From contig CAUVOY010000004.1 of the NCBI GenBank assembly GCA_963553885.1, positions 1,683 through 65,682 of the forward strand: a stretch of 64,000 nucleotides of DNA. Reading direction: 5' to 3'. The notes beneath the pieces are model-generated. The model saw only the letters and a list, made by a program, of their open reading frames with translations, ran no database searches and had not been told where the DNA came from. The translations under genes and the position numbers were made by a program. Source of the DNA: an uncultured Candidatus Saccharibacteria bacterium. GTDB lineage: Bacteria > Patescibacteriota > Saccharimonadia > Saccharimonadales > Saccharimonadaceae. Below are positions 19,350-28,064 of the stretch, one piece after another. Within the stretch, counting starts at the first letter, position 1, and each line of letters opens with the position of its first letter.

Positions 19350-20303
19350 TTACAACATACTTTTTATTTGCTGGACAATCGCTTCGACATCTAGCCCATG
19401 CTTCTGCCATAATTCAGCTACATTACCGCTTTCGCCGAACTGGTCACGGACGCCGATGCGCTTTATTTTCACCGGTAATTTTTCACTGAGTACTTCCGCC
19501 ACCGCACTGCCAAATCCGCCGGCGATTTGTCCTTCTTCTGCCGTCACCACACGGCCGCATTTTTGGGCGGCGGCAACGACCGCTGCTTTGTCCAGCGGCT
19601 TGATGGTACTAAAATGCACGACTTCTGCCTGAATGCCGGCGTGCGCCAGTTGCTCTGACGCCATGAGCAGCTGATACGTCATCGTGCCAGTACCGAGTAA
19701 CGCCACATCGGTACCCTGCCGCAGCACAGACGCCTGGCCAATCGCCACTTCGCCATCCAAAAACAGCGGCATGTCGGCCCGCGGCAACCGCACGTAATTT
19801 GGCCGCGGATCAGCCGCCATCACTGCTGCCATCATTTCGGCCTCGTAGGCATCACCCGGTACCAAGACCACCATGTTTGGCAGACTACGCATCAGCGCGA
19901 TGTCCTCCAGCATTTGATGTGTTGCGCCGTCCGCACCGACATTCAGCCCGGCATGTGAACCGACCAGCTTGACCAGCTGACTATTCAGGCAAATTGTCGT
20001 CCGAATTTGTTCCCAATTACGCCCCGGACTGAACGCCGCGTAACTGGCCGCAAACGGGATATTACCCATCGCTGCTAACCCTGAGGCTACTGTTACCAGA
20101 TTTTGCTCTGCCACACCAATCTCAATGAACCGCGGCGCGCCGATTCGCTCGGCAAACTCGCCAAAGCCGACGCTATCTGCCAGGTCAGCGCTTAGCGCCA
20201 CAATTTGACTATTGTTCATAGCTGCGTGAACTAGCCCATGGCCAAAACCGAGCCGCATCGACGCGGTATTTCCCGCGCGCCAATTGTCCCGCAACACACT
20301 CAT
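19350..20303 (-). CDS. Transketolase, C-terminal subunit
   Basis: GVAEQN, GADGATHQMLED. Confidence 0.93.
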   Translation of the reverse strand: MSVLRDNWRAGNTASMRLGFGHGLVHAAMNNSQIVALSADLADSVGFGEFAERIGAPRFIEIGVAEQNLVTVASGLAAMGNIPFAASYAAFSPGRNWEQIRTTICLNSQLVKLVGSHAGLNVGADGATHQMLEDIALMRSLPNMVVLVPGDAYEAEMMAAVMAADPRPNYVRLPRADMPLFLDGEVAIGQASVLRQGTDVALLGTGTMTYQLLMASEQLAHAGIQAEVVHFSTIKPLDKAAVVAAAQKCGRVVTAEEGQIAGGFGSAVAEVLSEKLPVKIKRIGVRDQFGESGNVAELWQKHGLDVEAIVQQIKSML

Positions 20304-21163
20304 GCGCCTACTGCTCCTTCCGACTGTTTCCCGGCTGATAGATCTAATTGCGCCAGAGCTGCAGCGGCCTGCTCAGCATTTGGAGCCTTGCCGTGCCATC
20401 GATAATCACTCTCCATAAAATCAACGCCGCGCCCGGGTGTCGTATGCGCAATGATAATGCTCGGCTGCTCGCGTACTGCCTGTGCTGCTTCAATCGCCGC
20501 GATAATTTGTGCCACGTCATGCCCATCAATTTCCTGTACCTGCCAGCCGAAACTGCGCCATTTCTCGCCCAAATCATTCAGCGGCATGACCTGCTCAGTA
20601 TCGCCGCCAATTTGAATATTATTACGATCAACAATGGCGATTAGCCGGCCTAATTTATACTTGGCTGCAAACATCGCCGCTTCCCAAATATTACCCTCAT
20701 CAAGTTCACCATCGCCTAAACTACAATATATAAAACGCTCCGAATTCTGCAAATACTGCAAATGATACGCCATACCGGCAGCCTGGCTGAGACCGCAGCC
20801 TAGCGGCCCGCTCGTCGTCTCTAGCCCTGGTAATTTTACCCGCTCCGGATGCCCTTGTAGCCGCGAGCCAAACTGCCGCAAACTCATTAACTCTGATTCC
20901 GATAAAAATCCACGCATCGCCATCGCTGCGTATAGCAACGGCGCATAATGGCCGTTACTCATAACGAACAGATCGCGATCAGACCAATCCGGCTCTTCTG
21001 GCCGCAATCTAAGAATCCGAAAATACAGCACTGCCATCACATCAGCAAACCCCAGCGGCCCTGCCACATGACCGCTGCCAGCGGCTGCTACCTGGCGAAT
21101 AACTAGCTTCCTTAGCTCTCGCGCTTTTTCCTCCAGCTGTTCAACCGCCAATGTCTCGTTCAT
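20300..21163 (-). CDS. Transketolase, N-terminal subunit
   Basis: SGH, LQGHPE, GDGELDEG TPP motif. Confidence 0.93.
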   Translation of the reverse strand: MNETLAVEQLEEKARELRKLVIRQVAAAGSGHVAGPLGFADVMAVLYFRILRLRPEEPDWSDRDLFVMSNGHYAPLLYAAMAMRGFLSESELMSLRQFGSRLQGHPERVKLPGLETTSGPLGCGLSQAAGMAYHLQYLQNSERFIYCSLGDGELDEGNIWEAAMFAAKYKLGRLIAIVDRNNIQIGGDTEQVMPLNDLGEKWRSFGWQVQEIDGHDVAQIIAAIEAAQAVREQPSIIIAHTTPGRGVDFMESDYRWHGKAPNAEQAAAALAQLDLSAGKQSEGAVGA

Positions 21164-21166
21164 AAT

Positions 21167-21814
21167 TTACAAAACACTCGTTTTGCTAATTTCCTGCTGG
21201 AGCTTGGAGAAAATAGCATGCGGATCTGATGCTTTCTGAATGACGCCGCCGACATTAAGCACATTGACGCCGCCTTGCACCAAACTATAAGCGTTATCAA
21301 TCGACACGCCACCGTCCCAGCCAATTTCTACCCCTGGGTTAATTGACTTAATTAAGCGGATTTTCTCCAACTGCATCAGACTAGCGTTACCGCCGAATCT
21401 GCCCAGCTCGCCGCTAAAAATCATCACGTGATCGGCTAATTTTATCATTTCCTCAACGGTTCGCGGCACTGTTGAGCGAAGCAAAGCCAACCCAGCGTTA
21501 ATTCCAGCTTGTCGAATCTGCGTTAGCGTCGTTTGGACATCGCCCTTAGCCTCGGCATGCACGATAATCATATTTGGCCGCAAAGCAATCAACTTTGGGA
21601 TGTATTCGTCAAGCTTATCAACCATCGCGTGAATATCGACCATCCATCCCTCAGGCGCCCACAATTCCGGAATACTAACCGTTAGCGTCGGTGCAAATTC
21701 ACCGTCAGAAATATCAATATGCACGCGCTCAGCGAAGCCGGTGATTCTATCGACTTGTTCTTTGTATTGAGCAGCGTTTTCTGCTAAAATCGCTGGCGTA
21801 ATTACGGCGCTCAT
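21167..21814 (-). CDS. rpe: Ribulose-phosphate 3-epimerase
   Basis: HIDISDGEF, HAMV, DGG. Confidence 0.88.
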   Translation of the reverse strand: MSAVITPAILAENAAQYKEQVDRITGFAERVHIDISDGEFAPTLTVSIPELWAPEGWMVDIHAMVDKLDEYIPKLIALRPNMIIVHAEAKGDVQTTLTQIRQAGINAGLALLRSTVPRTVEEMIKLADHVMIFSGELGRFGGNASLMQLEKIRLIKSINPGVEIGWDGGVSIDNAYSLVQGGVNVLNVGGVIQKASDPHAIFSKLQQEISKTSVL

Positions 21815-22263
21815 GATAGCTCATCCAACTGCGCATTGCGCCGATTAAACCGCGGAGCATTAGCATACGGCGTATTTAGCCACGTCTCAATGATACCCTT
21901 CCAGGCCGCCTCGTCATCTTCCAAAATTCGCGCCGGCAGACATAACACATTCGAGTCGTTATCATTACGCGTCATCTTCGCTTCAAATGCATCCCAAATC
22001 ACGCTGGCGCGGATTCCCTTAAAACGGTTAGCCGCCATGCACATCCCTTGGCCGCCGCCGCAAATCAAAATCGCCCGCGGGTCTTTGCTGTCATCGCCGA
22101 TCACTTTCAGGGCTGCCGCTTGAGCAAATTGCGGAAAATCATCGTCCGGATTTAATTCCACCCCGCCGACATCCTCGACATCATAACCATTCTTCGCCAA
22201 ATATGCGAACACTTTTTCTTTCAATAAAAAGCCGCGATGGTCTGAGCCGAGATAGATATTCAT
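21811..22263 (-). CDS. rpiB: Ribose-5-phosphate isomerase B
   Basis: GSDHRG, CGGGQGMCMAANRFKGIRA. Confidence 0.93.
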   Translation of the reverse strand: MNIYLGSDHRGFLLKEKVFAYLAKNGYDVEDVGGVELNPDDDFPQFAQAAALKVIGDDSKDPRAILICGGGQGMCMAANRFKGIRASVIWDAFEAKMTRNDNDSNVLCLPARILEDDEAAWKGIIETWLNTPYANAPRFNRRNAQLDELS

Positions 22264-22351
22264 GATTTTAGTATAAGCGGTTTAGGCGATTTTTGCAAGG
22301 GAAAACTGGAGATTTTTCCAGAGGTGGAGCGTGTCTATTTGACAAAAAGTA

Positions 22352-22380
22352 TTGACATTTTGTGACCAGTATGATATATA
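22352..22380 (+). promoter_or_regulatory. Sigma70 promoter of cassette 2
   Basis: TTGACA-17-TATATA with extended TG; GTATGATATATAT identical to cassette 1. Confidence 0.75.
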
Positions 22381-22482
22381 TTAGCTTTTCAAACCGAAAA
22401 GCGACTCCCGGGAAGTTCATCCCGGTTGAGGTCGCGGTTTTGAAAGGCCGCACCTCAGAGTTTTCTCTGGAAGGAGAAAATT

Positions 22483-22797
22483 GTGTCCACAATCTGGCTG
22501 ACCATCACTGTCAGCATCATGCTTATCGTCGGCCTCTTTTTGAGGGCTGCTGCTGAGCTCTACAGACACCGTTTGGTTGTGGCGAGCTTGCTCGCTGCAG
22601 CCGGATTTGCCGCCCTCCATCTCGCGCTTATCGCGATGGCGTGGCAAGCTGCCGCTACCGTAGCGGAGGAGGCGCCGTATCCAGCGGTAGCATCGCTACC
22701 GACGGTGGCGTATGATATGTCGGCCTGGATCGCCTTGGTCCTGCTGGTGGCTGCTGGTATCGGATGTGGCGCACGCCACATCCGAGAAAGGAAGTGA
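22483..22797 (+). CDS. Small 3-TM membrane protein (104 aa), cassette 2
   Basis: AAGGAG SD at 22471-22476, GTG start; three hydrophobic segments, basic tail. Confidence 0.75.
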   Translation: MSTIWLTITVSIMLIVGLFLRAAAELYRHRLVVASLLAAAGFAALHLALIAMAWQAAATVAEEAPYPAVASLPTVAYDMSAWIALVLLVAAGIGCGARHIRERK

Positions 22798-22811
22798 CAG
22801 CTGAACTGAGA

Positions 22812-22916
22812 TGCTCCGCGCCAGCAGAGGGCGCACACAGAAAAATACTCTGTAAAATCGCAGAAACCCTGCGTCCCCACATCGTTATGATGCGGGGTTA
22901 TTCCTTTTCTGGAGCA
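22812..22916 (+). other. Structured 3' RNA domain of cassette 2
   Basis: TGCTCC...GGAGCA closing stem enclosing four hairpins (GCGCC/GGCGC, ACAGA/TCTGT, CGCAG/CTGCG, CCCCACATC/GATGCGGGG). Confidence 0.6.
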
Positions 22917-22921
22917 AGCTA

Positions 22922-23941
22922 TTAGCTCTGGTTGAGGTAATGTCCTACGTCCGCCACCAATTCAACCAGCCGATTGGAATAGCCCCACTCGTTGTCGTAC
23001 CAAACCATTACCTTAATCAAATTACCATCAACCACTTTCGTCAGCGGCAGGTCAACAATTCCCGAACACGAATTGCCAATAAAATCGCGGCTAACCAAAG
23101 GCTCTTCAGATACGCCCAAAATCCCCTGGTAAAAATTACTTTGCGCGGCTTTCTGAAACGCGCCGTTTACCTGCTCGACTGTCACGTCGCGCCGAAGTAG
23201 CGCCGTCACGTCGCTCAGCGACACCACTGGCGTCGGTACGCGTACACTGAGGCCGTCAAACTTGCCAGTTAGCTGCGGCAGCGTTTTCGTTACAGCAATG
23301 GCCGCACCCGTCGTTGTCGGTACCATATTTTCGGCCGCGTTGCGACCCTCGCGAAGGTCCTTGGCAGGCGCGTCCTGTAGGCGCTGGCTGGCAGTGTAGC
23401 TATGTACTGTCGTCAGCATTGATTTTTCCACGCCAAATTCTGCGTCCAGAATTGCCATCACCGCGCCCAAGCTATTGGTTGTACAGCTGGCATTAGAGAT
23501 TATCGGCGTCGCGTCCTTGATTTTGCTGTCATTCGTGCCCAGGACAATTGTATCGACGCCGTCGGATTTGGTCGGCCCGCTGATAACCACGCGCTTGGCG
23601 CCGGCAGTCAAGTGCTTGCCCGCACCATCTTTATCAGTAAACAATCCGGTCGACTCGATCACCACGTCAATATTCATATCGCCCCACGGCAAGTTTACTG
23701 GGTCTTTTTCCGCCAGCACTTTGAAACTTTTTCCATCAACTACCAACTCGTTTTCTGTAAAATCAACTTGGCGGCCATATTCCCCGTAATTGCTATCGTG
23801 TTTCAATAGGTACGCCAGCGTCTTAGTATCCGTCAAGTCATTGATCGCTACGATCTCCAAATCGCTGCGCTCCCATGCGATTTTAAAGGCGCTGCGCCCG
23901 ATCCGTCCAAAACCGTTAATTGCTATTTTCGTTATCGCCAT
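22922..23941 (-). CDS. gap: Type I glyceraldehyde-3-phosphate dehydrogenase
   Basis: INGFGRIGR, NASCTTN, WYDNEWGYS. Confidence 0.98.
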   Translation of the reverse strand: MAITKIAINGFGRIGRSAFKIAWERSDLEIVAINDLTDTKTLAYLLKHDSNYGEYGRQVDFTENELVVDGKSFKVLAEKDPVNLPWGDMNIDVVIESTGLFTDKDGAGKHLTAGAKRVVISGPTKSDGVDTIVLGTNDSKIKDATPIISNASCTTNSLGAVMAILDAEFGVEKSMLTTVHSYTASQRLQDAPAKDLREGRNAAENMVPTTTGAAIAVTKTLPQLTGKFDGLSVRVPTPVVSLSDVTALLRRDVTVEQVNGAFQKAAQSNFYQGILGVSEEPLVSRDFIGNSCSGIVDLPLTKVVDGNLIKVMVWYDNEWGYSNRLVELVADVGHYLNQS

Positions 23942-24007
23942 GTAATTATCCCTCCCAAGTAGCATTAGCTTTTCTCTAATTATACTACAAAGTTGTATAA
24001 TAAAACT

Positions 24008-25531
24008 ATGACGCGCGAGGAATTATTGGATCTGGCAGCACCGCAGTACGATGAAGTACCGGTACTGGTGTTAGATAGCGCTATTGATTACGCTACTAAA
24101 AAGCACGCCGGGCAAAAACGCAAGAGCGGCGAACCGTACATCACGCACCCGCTGGCGGTGGCTGGGATTTTAGTGGAATGGGGTATGGATATTGATACGG
24201 TGATCGCTGGCGTACTGCATGATACGGTCGAGGACACCGATGCGACGCTGGATGAACTAGAAAGTTTGTTTGGTCGCGATATCGCCTTTCTGGTTGACGG
24301 CGTAACCAAGGTTTCACAGGCGCGCGCTGGTATGCGCAGCCTTGATAGTTACTTGCCGCATACCAAAGACAACCTCGCCAAGCTGATGATCGCGGTCGGC
24401 GAGGACATCAGGGTTATTATTATCAAGTTGGCGGATCGGCTGCATAATATGCGCACGCTCCAGCATATGCCGCGCGACAAGCAAAAGAAAATCGCCCGCG
24501 AAACGATTGAAGTGTTTGCACCGCTGGCGGATCGGCTGAATATGGGGCGCGTCCGCGTGCAGCTGGAAGAGTTAAGCTTTCGGTTTTTGATGCCTAAGGA
24601 TTTTCAGCGCACTAAGAGCCTGATGGATAGCCGCCTAAAGAAAAGCCAGCGCAAACTCGCCAAAGTCCGCCGCGACGTTACGGCGCGCCTCCAGAACGAG
24701 AGTCTGCAGTTTGAGATGGACGGTCGGGTGAAAAGCGTGTACAGCTTATTTAAGAAGCTCGACCGCGTTGGCGATATTGATAAGATTTACGACCTGATCG
24801 CCCTGCGTGTTATCGTTGACGATTTAGCGACCGGCTATCTGGTGTTGGGTGTGCTGCACGACATGTACCAGCCGTTTTACGAGCGTATCAAAGATTATGT
24901 CGCCAACCCTAAGCCAAACGGCTACCAAAGTCTACACACGACAGTCCAGACGCCGACCGGGCAAATTGTTGAGTTCCAGATCCGCACCCGAGATATGCAC
25001 GAATACGCCGAGCGCGGTTTGGCGGCCAGTTTCCATTATAACGAGCAGAAAATGACCGACGCCTACCGGCAGGGGCGAATCGCGGCGCTGCCGACGGATT
25101 TGGCGTGGATTCGCGACCTGCAGGAAACGGCAGCCCGGGCGCGCGAGGGCAAGGCGTTTGACTCGGAAAAATTCCGCATGAAATTATTTGAGGATCGGAT
25201 TTTCGTCTATTCGCCCAAAGGCGATATTTATGACTTGCCGCGCGGCGCCTTCCCGCTGGATTACGCGTATCGCATTCATTCCGACATCGCAGCGCATGCC
25301 AGCGGCTTTAAGGTCAATGGCGTTATGAAGCCGTTCACTTATGAATTACAGCACGGCGACGTCGTCGAAGTTTTGACCAGCAAATCAGCCAAGCCCAAAC
25401 CAGCCTGGCGCGATATGGTTATCACGCCGCATGCCAAAACTAAATTACGCATGCAGCTATCAAAAAGCGGCGGCGTACTAGCACATTTGACCGGATTAAC
25501 CGACGGCGTTTCGTCGCTGTTTCGACGGTAA
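24008..25531 (+). CDS. relA: RelA/SpoT-family (p)ppGpp synthetase/hydrolase (HD, synthetase, TGS; no ACT)
   Basis: SGEPYITHP, LHDTVED, KLADRLHNMRTL, YQSLHT, TGS domain. Confidence 0.93.
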   Translation: MTREELLDLAAPQYDEVPVLVLDSAIDYATKKHAGQKRKSGEPYITHPLAVAGILVEWGMDIDTVIAGVLHDTVEDTDATLDELESLFGRDIAFLVDGVTKVSQARAGMRSLDSYLPHTKDNLAKLMIAVGEDIRVIIIKLADRLHNMRTLQHMPRDKQKKIARETIEVFAPLADRLNMGRVRVQLEELSFRFLMPKDFQRTKSLMDSRLKKSQRKLAKVRRDVTARLQNESLQFEMDGRVKSVYSLFKKLDRVGDIDKIYDLIALRVIVDDLATGYLVLGVLHDMYQPFYERIKDYVANPKPNGYQSLHTTVQTPTGQIVEFQIRTRDMHEYAERGLAASFHYNEQKMTDAYRQGRIAALPTDLAWIRDLQETAARAREGKAFDSEKFRMKLFEDRIFVYSPKGDIYDLPRGAFPLDYAYRIHSDIAAHASGFKVNGVMKPFTYELQHGDVVEVLTSKSAKPKPAWRDMVITPHAKTKLRMQLSKSGGVLAHLTGLTDGVSSLFRR

Positions 25532-25558
25532 GCAAAACACTAACGCCTCATCCCAAAG

Positions 25559-25707
25559 GCTATGGCAGGCGCGACACCTCCTCCGCCAGAGACTGTGAAA
25601 CGTTCGCGAGTAGCGGACGTTTCAGCCGAACGCTCGCGAGAAATCTCCAGTGGAGGTTCGAGCGAAGAGCGTGCTCTGGCGGAGGACGGTGGAATGGCTG
25701 CCGTAGC
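25559..25707. repeat. Palindromic repeat element, intergenic copy
   Basis: Core 25575-25691 matches 43057-43173 at 104/117 positions without gaps; nested inverted repeats. Confidence 0.9.
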
Positions 25708-25860
25708 TCGGCTTCCAGTCGTCTCCTCCAAGTCGAATGTATCCGGCGGGCGCCGTCCGCAGAGCTATCGACTTGTCGGAGAGGCTGACGGTCACACCGC
25801 AACAAATACGCATACCGGATTTTGGTAAGACGCGATGCCGCTTTGCTTTACAAGATAGTA

Positions 25861-26394
25861 TTACGCCTGCTCGTTCCAGCGCTCAATCGCCGCTGCCACA
25901 ACCTGCTTGGCAGCATCAACGCCAGCGAATTCCTTGACAATGGTCGAACCTGGCTTTTTCAGATCCTTATAGTGATTGAAATGGAATTCAATTTGCTTAA
26001 TCAGCTGCGCCGGCAGATCCTCCAACGACTGAATAGCATTGCCATTATGACGATCGTCGCTCGGCACCGCGATAATTTTATCATCGACTTCATCGTCATC
26101 GACAAACTTCATCACGCCAAGGACCCGTGCCTCGACCACCAACCCAGTCGTTAGCGGCGTATCCGTTACCAACAGCACATCCAGCTCATCGCCATCCTCG
26201 TCCAATGTCTGCGGAATGAAACCATAATTAGTCGGTTTGGCAAAAATCGCCGGATCAACCCGGTCCAGCCGCATGACGCCAACTTTACGATCCCATTCAA
26301 TTTTATGATTTGACCCAGCCGGAATCTCTACGACAACGGTAATTTTGCCATCCTGATAGTTTCCCGGGGTTAATACTTGGTTAAAATCTGCCAT
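25861..26394 (-). CDS. ppa: Family I inorganic pyrophosphatase
   Basis: NYGFIPQTLDEDGDELD, DDKII. Confidence 0.95.
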   Translation of the reverse strand: MADFNQVLTPGNYQDGKITVVVEIPAGSNHKIEWDRKVGVMRLDRVDPAIFAKPTNYGFIPQTLDEDGDELDVLLVTDTPLTTGLVVEARVLGVMKFVDDDEVDDKIIAVPSDDRHNGNAIQSLEDLPAQLIKQIEFHFNHYKDLKKPGSTIVKEFAGVDAAKQVVAAAIERWNEQA

Positions 26395-26397
26395 CTT

Positions 26398-27339
26398 CTA
26401 CTCCTCCCTGGCTTTTTCTTGTAAATATTCACGAATCTGCAATGCCGCCACCGCACCCTCACCAACCGCTGAAGCGATTTGCATGGTCGCACCGGAACGC
26501 ACATCACCCGAAGCAAAGACACCAGGAACATTGGTATGTAAATGCTCGTCGGTAACGATGTGTCCGCCCAAGTCCAGCTCAATACCTGAGTCTACCAAAA
26601 ACTGTGTGTTCGGAATCAGGCCGATAAAAACGAACAAACCGTCTGCCATAAATTCTTTCTGCTCGCCGTTCTGGGTCGATTTGACACCGTAGAATTTGTC
26701 ATCTTTCACGATAATTTCATCGGTGGTTGCGCCGATGTGTACGGTAATTTTACCTGCGTCAACGTATTTTTGCAGTTCCTTTTGCAGGACATCGCTGGCG
26801 CGTAATTTGCTGCGCACCAATAGGTCAATGTGACTGGCGTAGCGAGTTAGAAAGATCGCTTCTTGCACCGCAGAGTTGCCGCCGCCAACAACGATCAAGC
26901 GCTTGCCGCGGTAAAATGCGCCGTCGCACGTCGCGCAGTAATGCACGCCGCGGCCATACAATTCATCTTCGCCCGGCACGCCCAGCTTGCGGTGATTTGA
27001 ACCGGTCGCCAGCAGCACTGCCTTGGCCCGTACCGGCTGGCCATCGACCGTCAATTCCAATTCACCGTCAACTTGCTTCAACGCCGTAACGTCGCCATAC
27101 TCAATATCCGCGCCAAATCGCTCAGCCTGCTGCTGCAATTCTGACGCCAATTTCATACCGGTCACGCCCTCGGCAAACCCTGGGTAGTTGTCGATTTGGT
27201 CAGTGATGGCTGCCATGCCGCCGACCACGCCGCGTTCGTATAATGTCGTCGGCACGTCCTCACGCGACAGATAGATCGCTGCGGTCAGCGCACTTGGTCC
27301 AGCGCCAACGATCACTACGTCCCTCTCCTTAAACCCCAT
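26398..27339 (-). CDS. trxB: Thioredoxin reductase
   Basis: GAGPS, CATCDG, GGGNSA. Confidence 0.93.
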   Translation of the reverse strand: MGFKERDVVIVGAGPSALTAAIYLSREDVPTTLYERGVVGGMAAITDQIDNYPGFAEGVTGMKLASELQQQAERFGADIEYGDVTALKQVDGELELTVDGQPVRAKAVLLATGSNHRKLGVPGEDELYGRGVHYCATCDGAFYRGKRLIVVGGGNSAVQEAIFLTRYASHIDLLVRSKLRASDVLQKELQKYVDAGKITVHIGATTDEIIVKDDKFYGVKSTQNGEQKEFMADGLFVFIGLIPNTQFLVDSGIELDLGGHIVTDEHLHTNVPGVFASGDVRSGATMQIASAVGEGAVAALQIREYLQEKAREE

Positions 27340-28003
27340 ATTGCTCCTTATAGTATTTTTCCAGTATTGGCGGTATTTCTGGCTCAGGAATTTCTGCCGG
27401 TTTGTCGATTGCCATTACTACAAACTTTAACGGTGTGTTTGCCGGAATTTTATCTCCCTGGCCTTTCTCGCCATACGCCTTGCTTGACGGAATCGCTAGC
27501 TCGCGGACGCCGCCGATTCTCATACCAATCAAGCCTTCCTTCCAGCCTTCAATCACCGACGCGTCTGCTAAGCCTTCAACTGAGAAAGGTTCTTTTAATT
27601 TTTTACCATCAATCGACTGATCAAAGACTTCGCCTTTTGGATTCCAACCAATATAATAAACTGCAAATTTAGTATCTTTCTTTATTTCCGCGCCTTCGCC
27701 AGCCACGAGGTCTTCAACTTTCAACTCTTTAGCTTCATCATTGCTGAATTCCGCCGGACGCGAAGTATATTCTGCAAATTGGCTATAATATTTACCGCTC
27801 AATTCTTCCGCCTGCGCTTTAACCTTTTTTTGCCGTTCATTAACAGCCTTAGTATACGTATCCTGCGCTTTTTTCAGCTCAGCCTGATCTTTGGCGTCAT
27901 TGCCCGGCTGCACCATCATAGCGATAAATCCGCCGACCGTTCCTAAAAACATCACGCCAGCAATCACCCAAATCCCTATCCTTTGGCTTTTAGTCGTTGC
28001 CAT
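27329..28003 (-). CDS. Membrane-anchored FKBP-type peptidyl-prolyl isomerase
   Basis: FDQS, VIEGWKEGLIGMRIGGVR, AYG, IPANTPLKF. Confidence 0.92.
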   Translation of the reverse strand: MATTKSQRIGIWVIAGVMFLGTVGGFIAMMVQPGNDAKDQAELKKAQDTYTKAVNERQKKVKAQAEELSGKYYSQFAEYTSRPAEFSNDEAKELKVEDLVAGEGAEIKKDTKFAVYYIGWNPKGEVFDQSIDGKKLKEPFSVEGLADASVIEGWKEGLIGMRIGGVRELAIPSSKAYGEKGQGDKIPANTPLKFVVMAIDKPAEIPEPEIPPILEKYYKEQYGV

Positions 28004-28064
28004 AATCCTCCTTTATTTACCTCTCCAATTATAACAATTTTTACCAAGCACAACAATCGCCCGC

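Noticed and set aside
19350..21163. Transketolase split into two ORFs
   Set aside because: Two-subunit transketolases are well known; the ORFs overlap by an ATGA coupling, not a frameshift.
25540..25828. Overlapping short ORFs on both strands between relA and ppa
   Set aside because: Explained by the stop-poor palindromic repeat; no promoter or SD evidence for independent genes.
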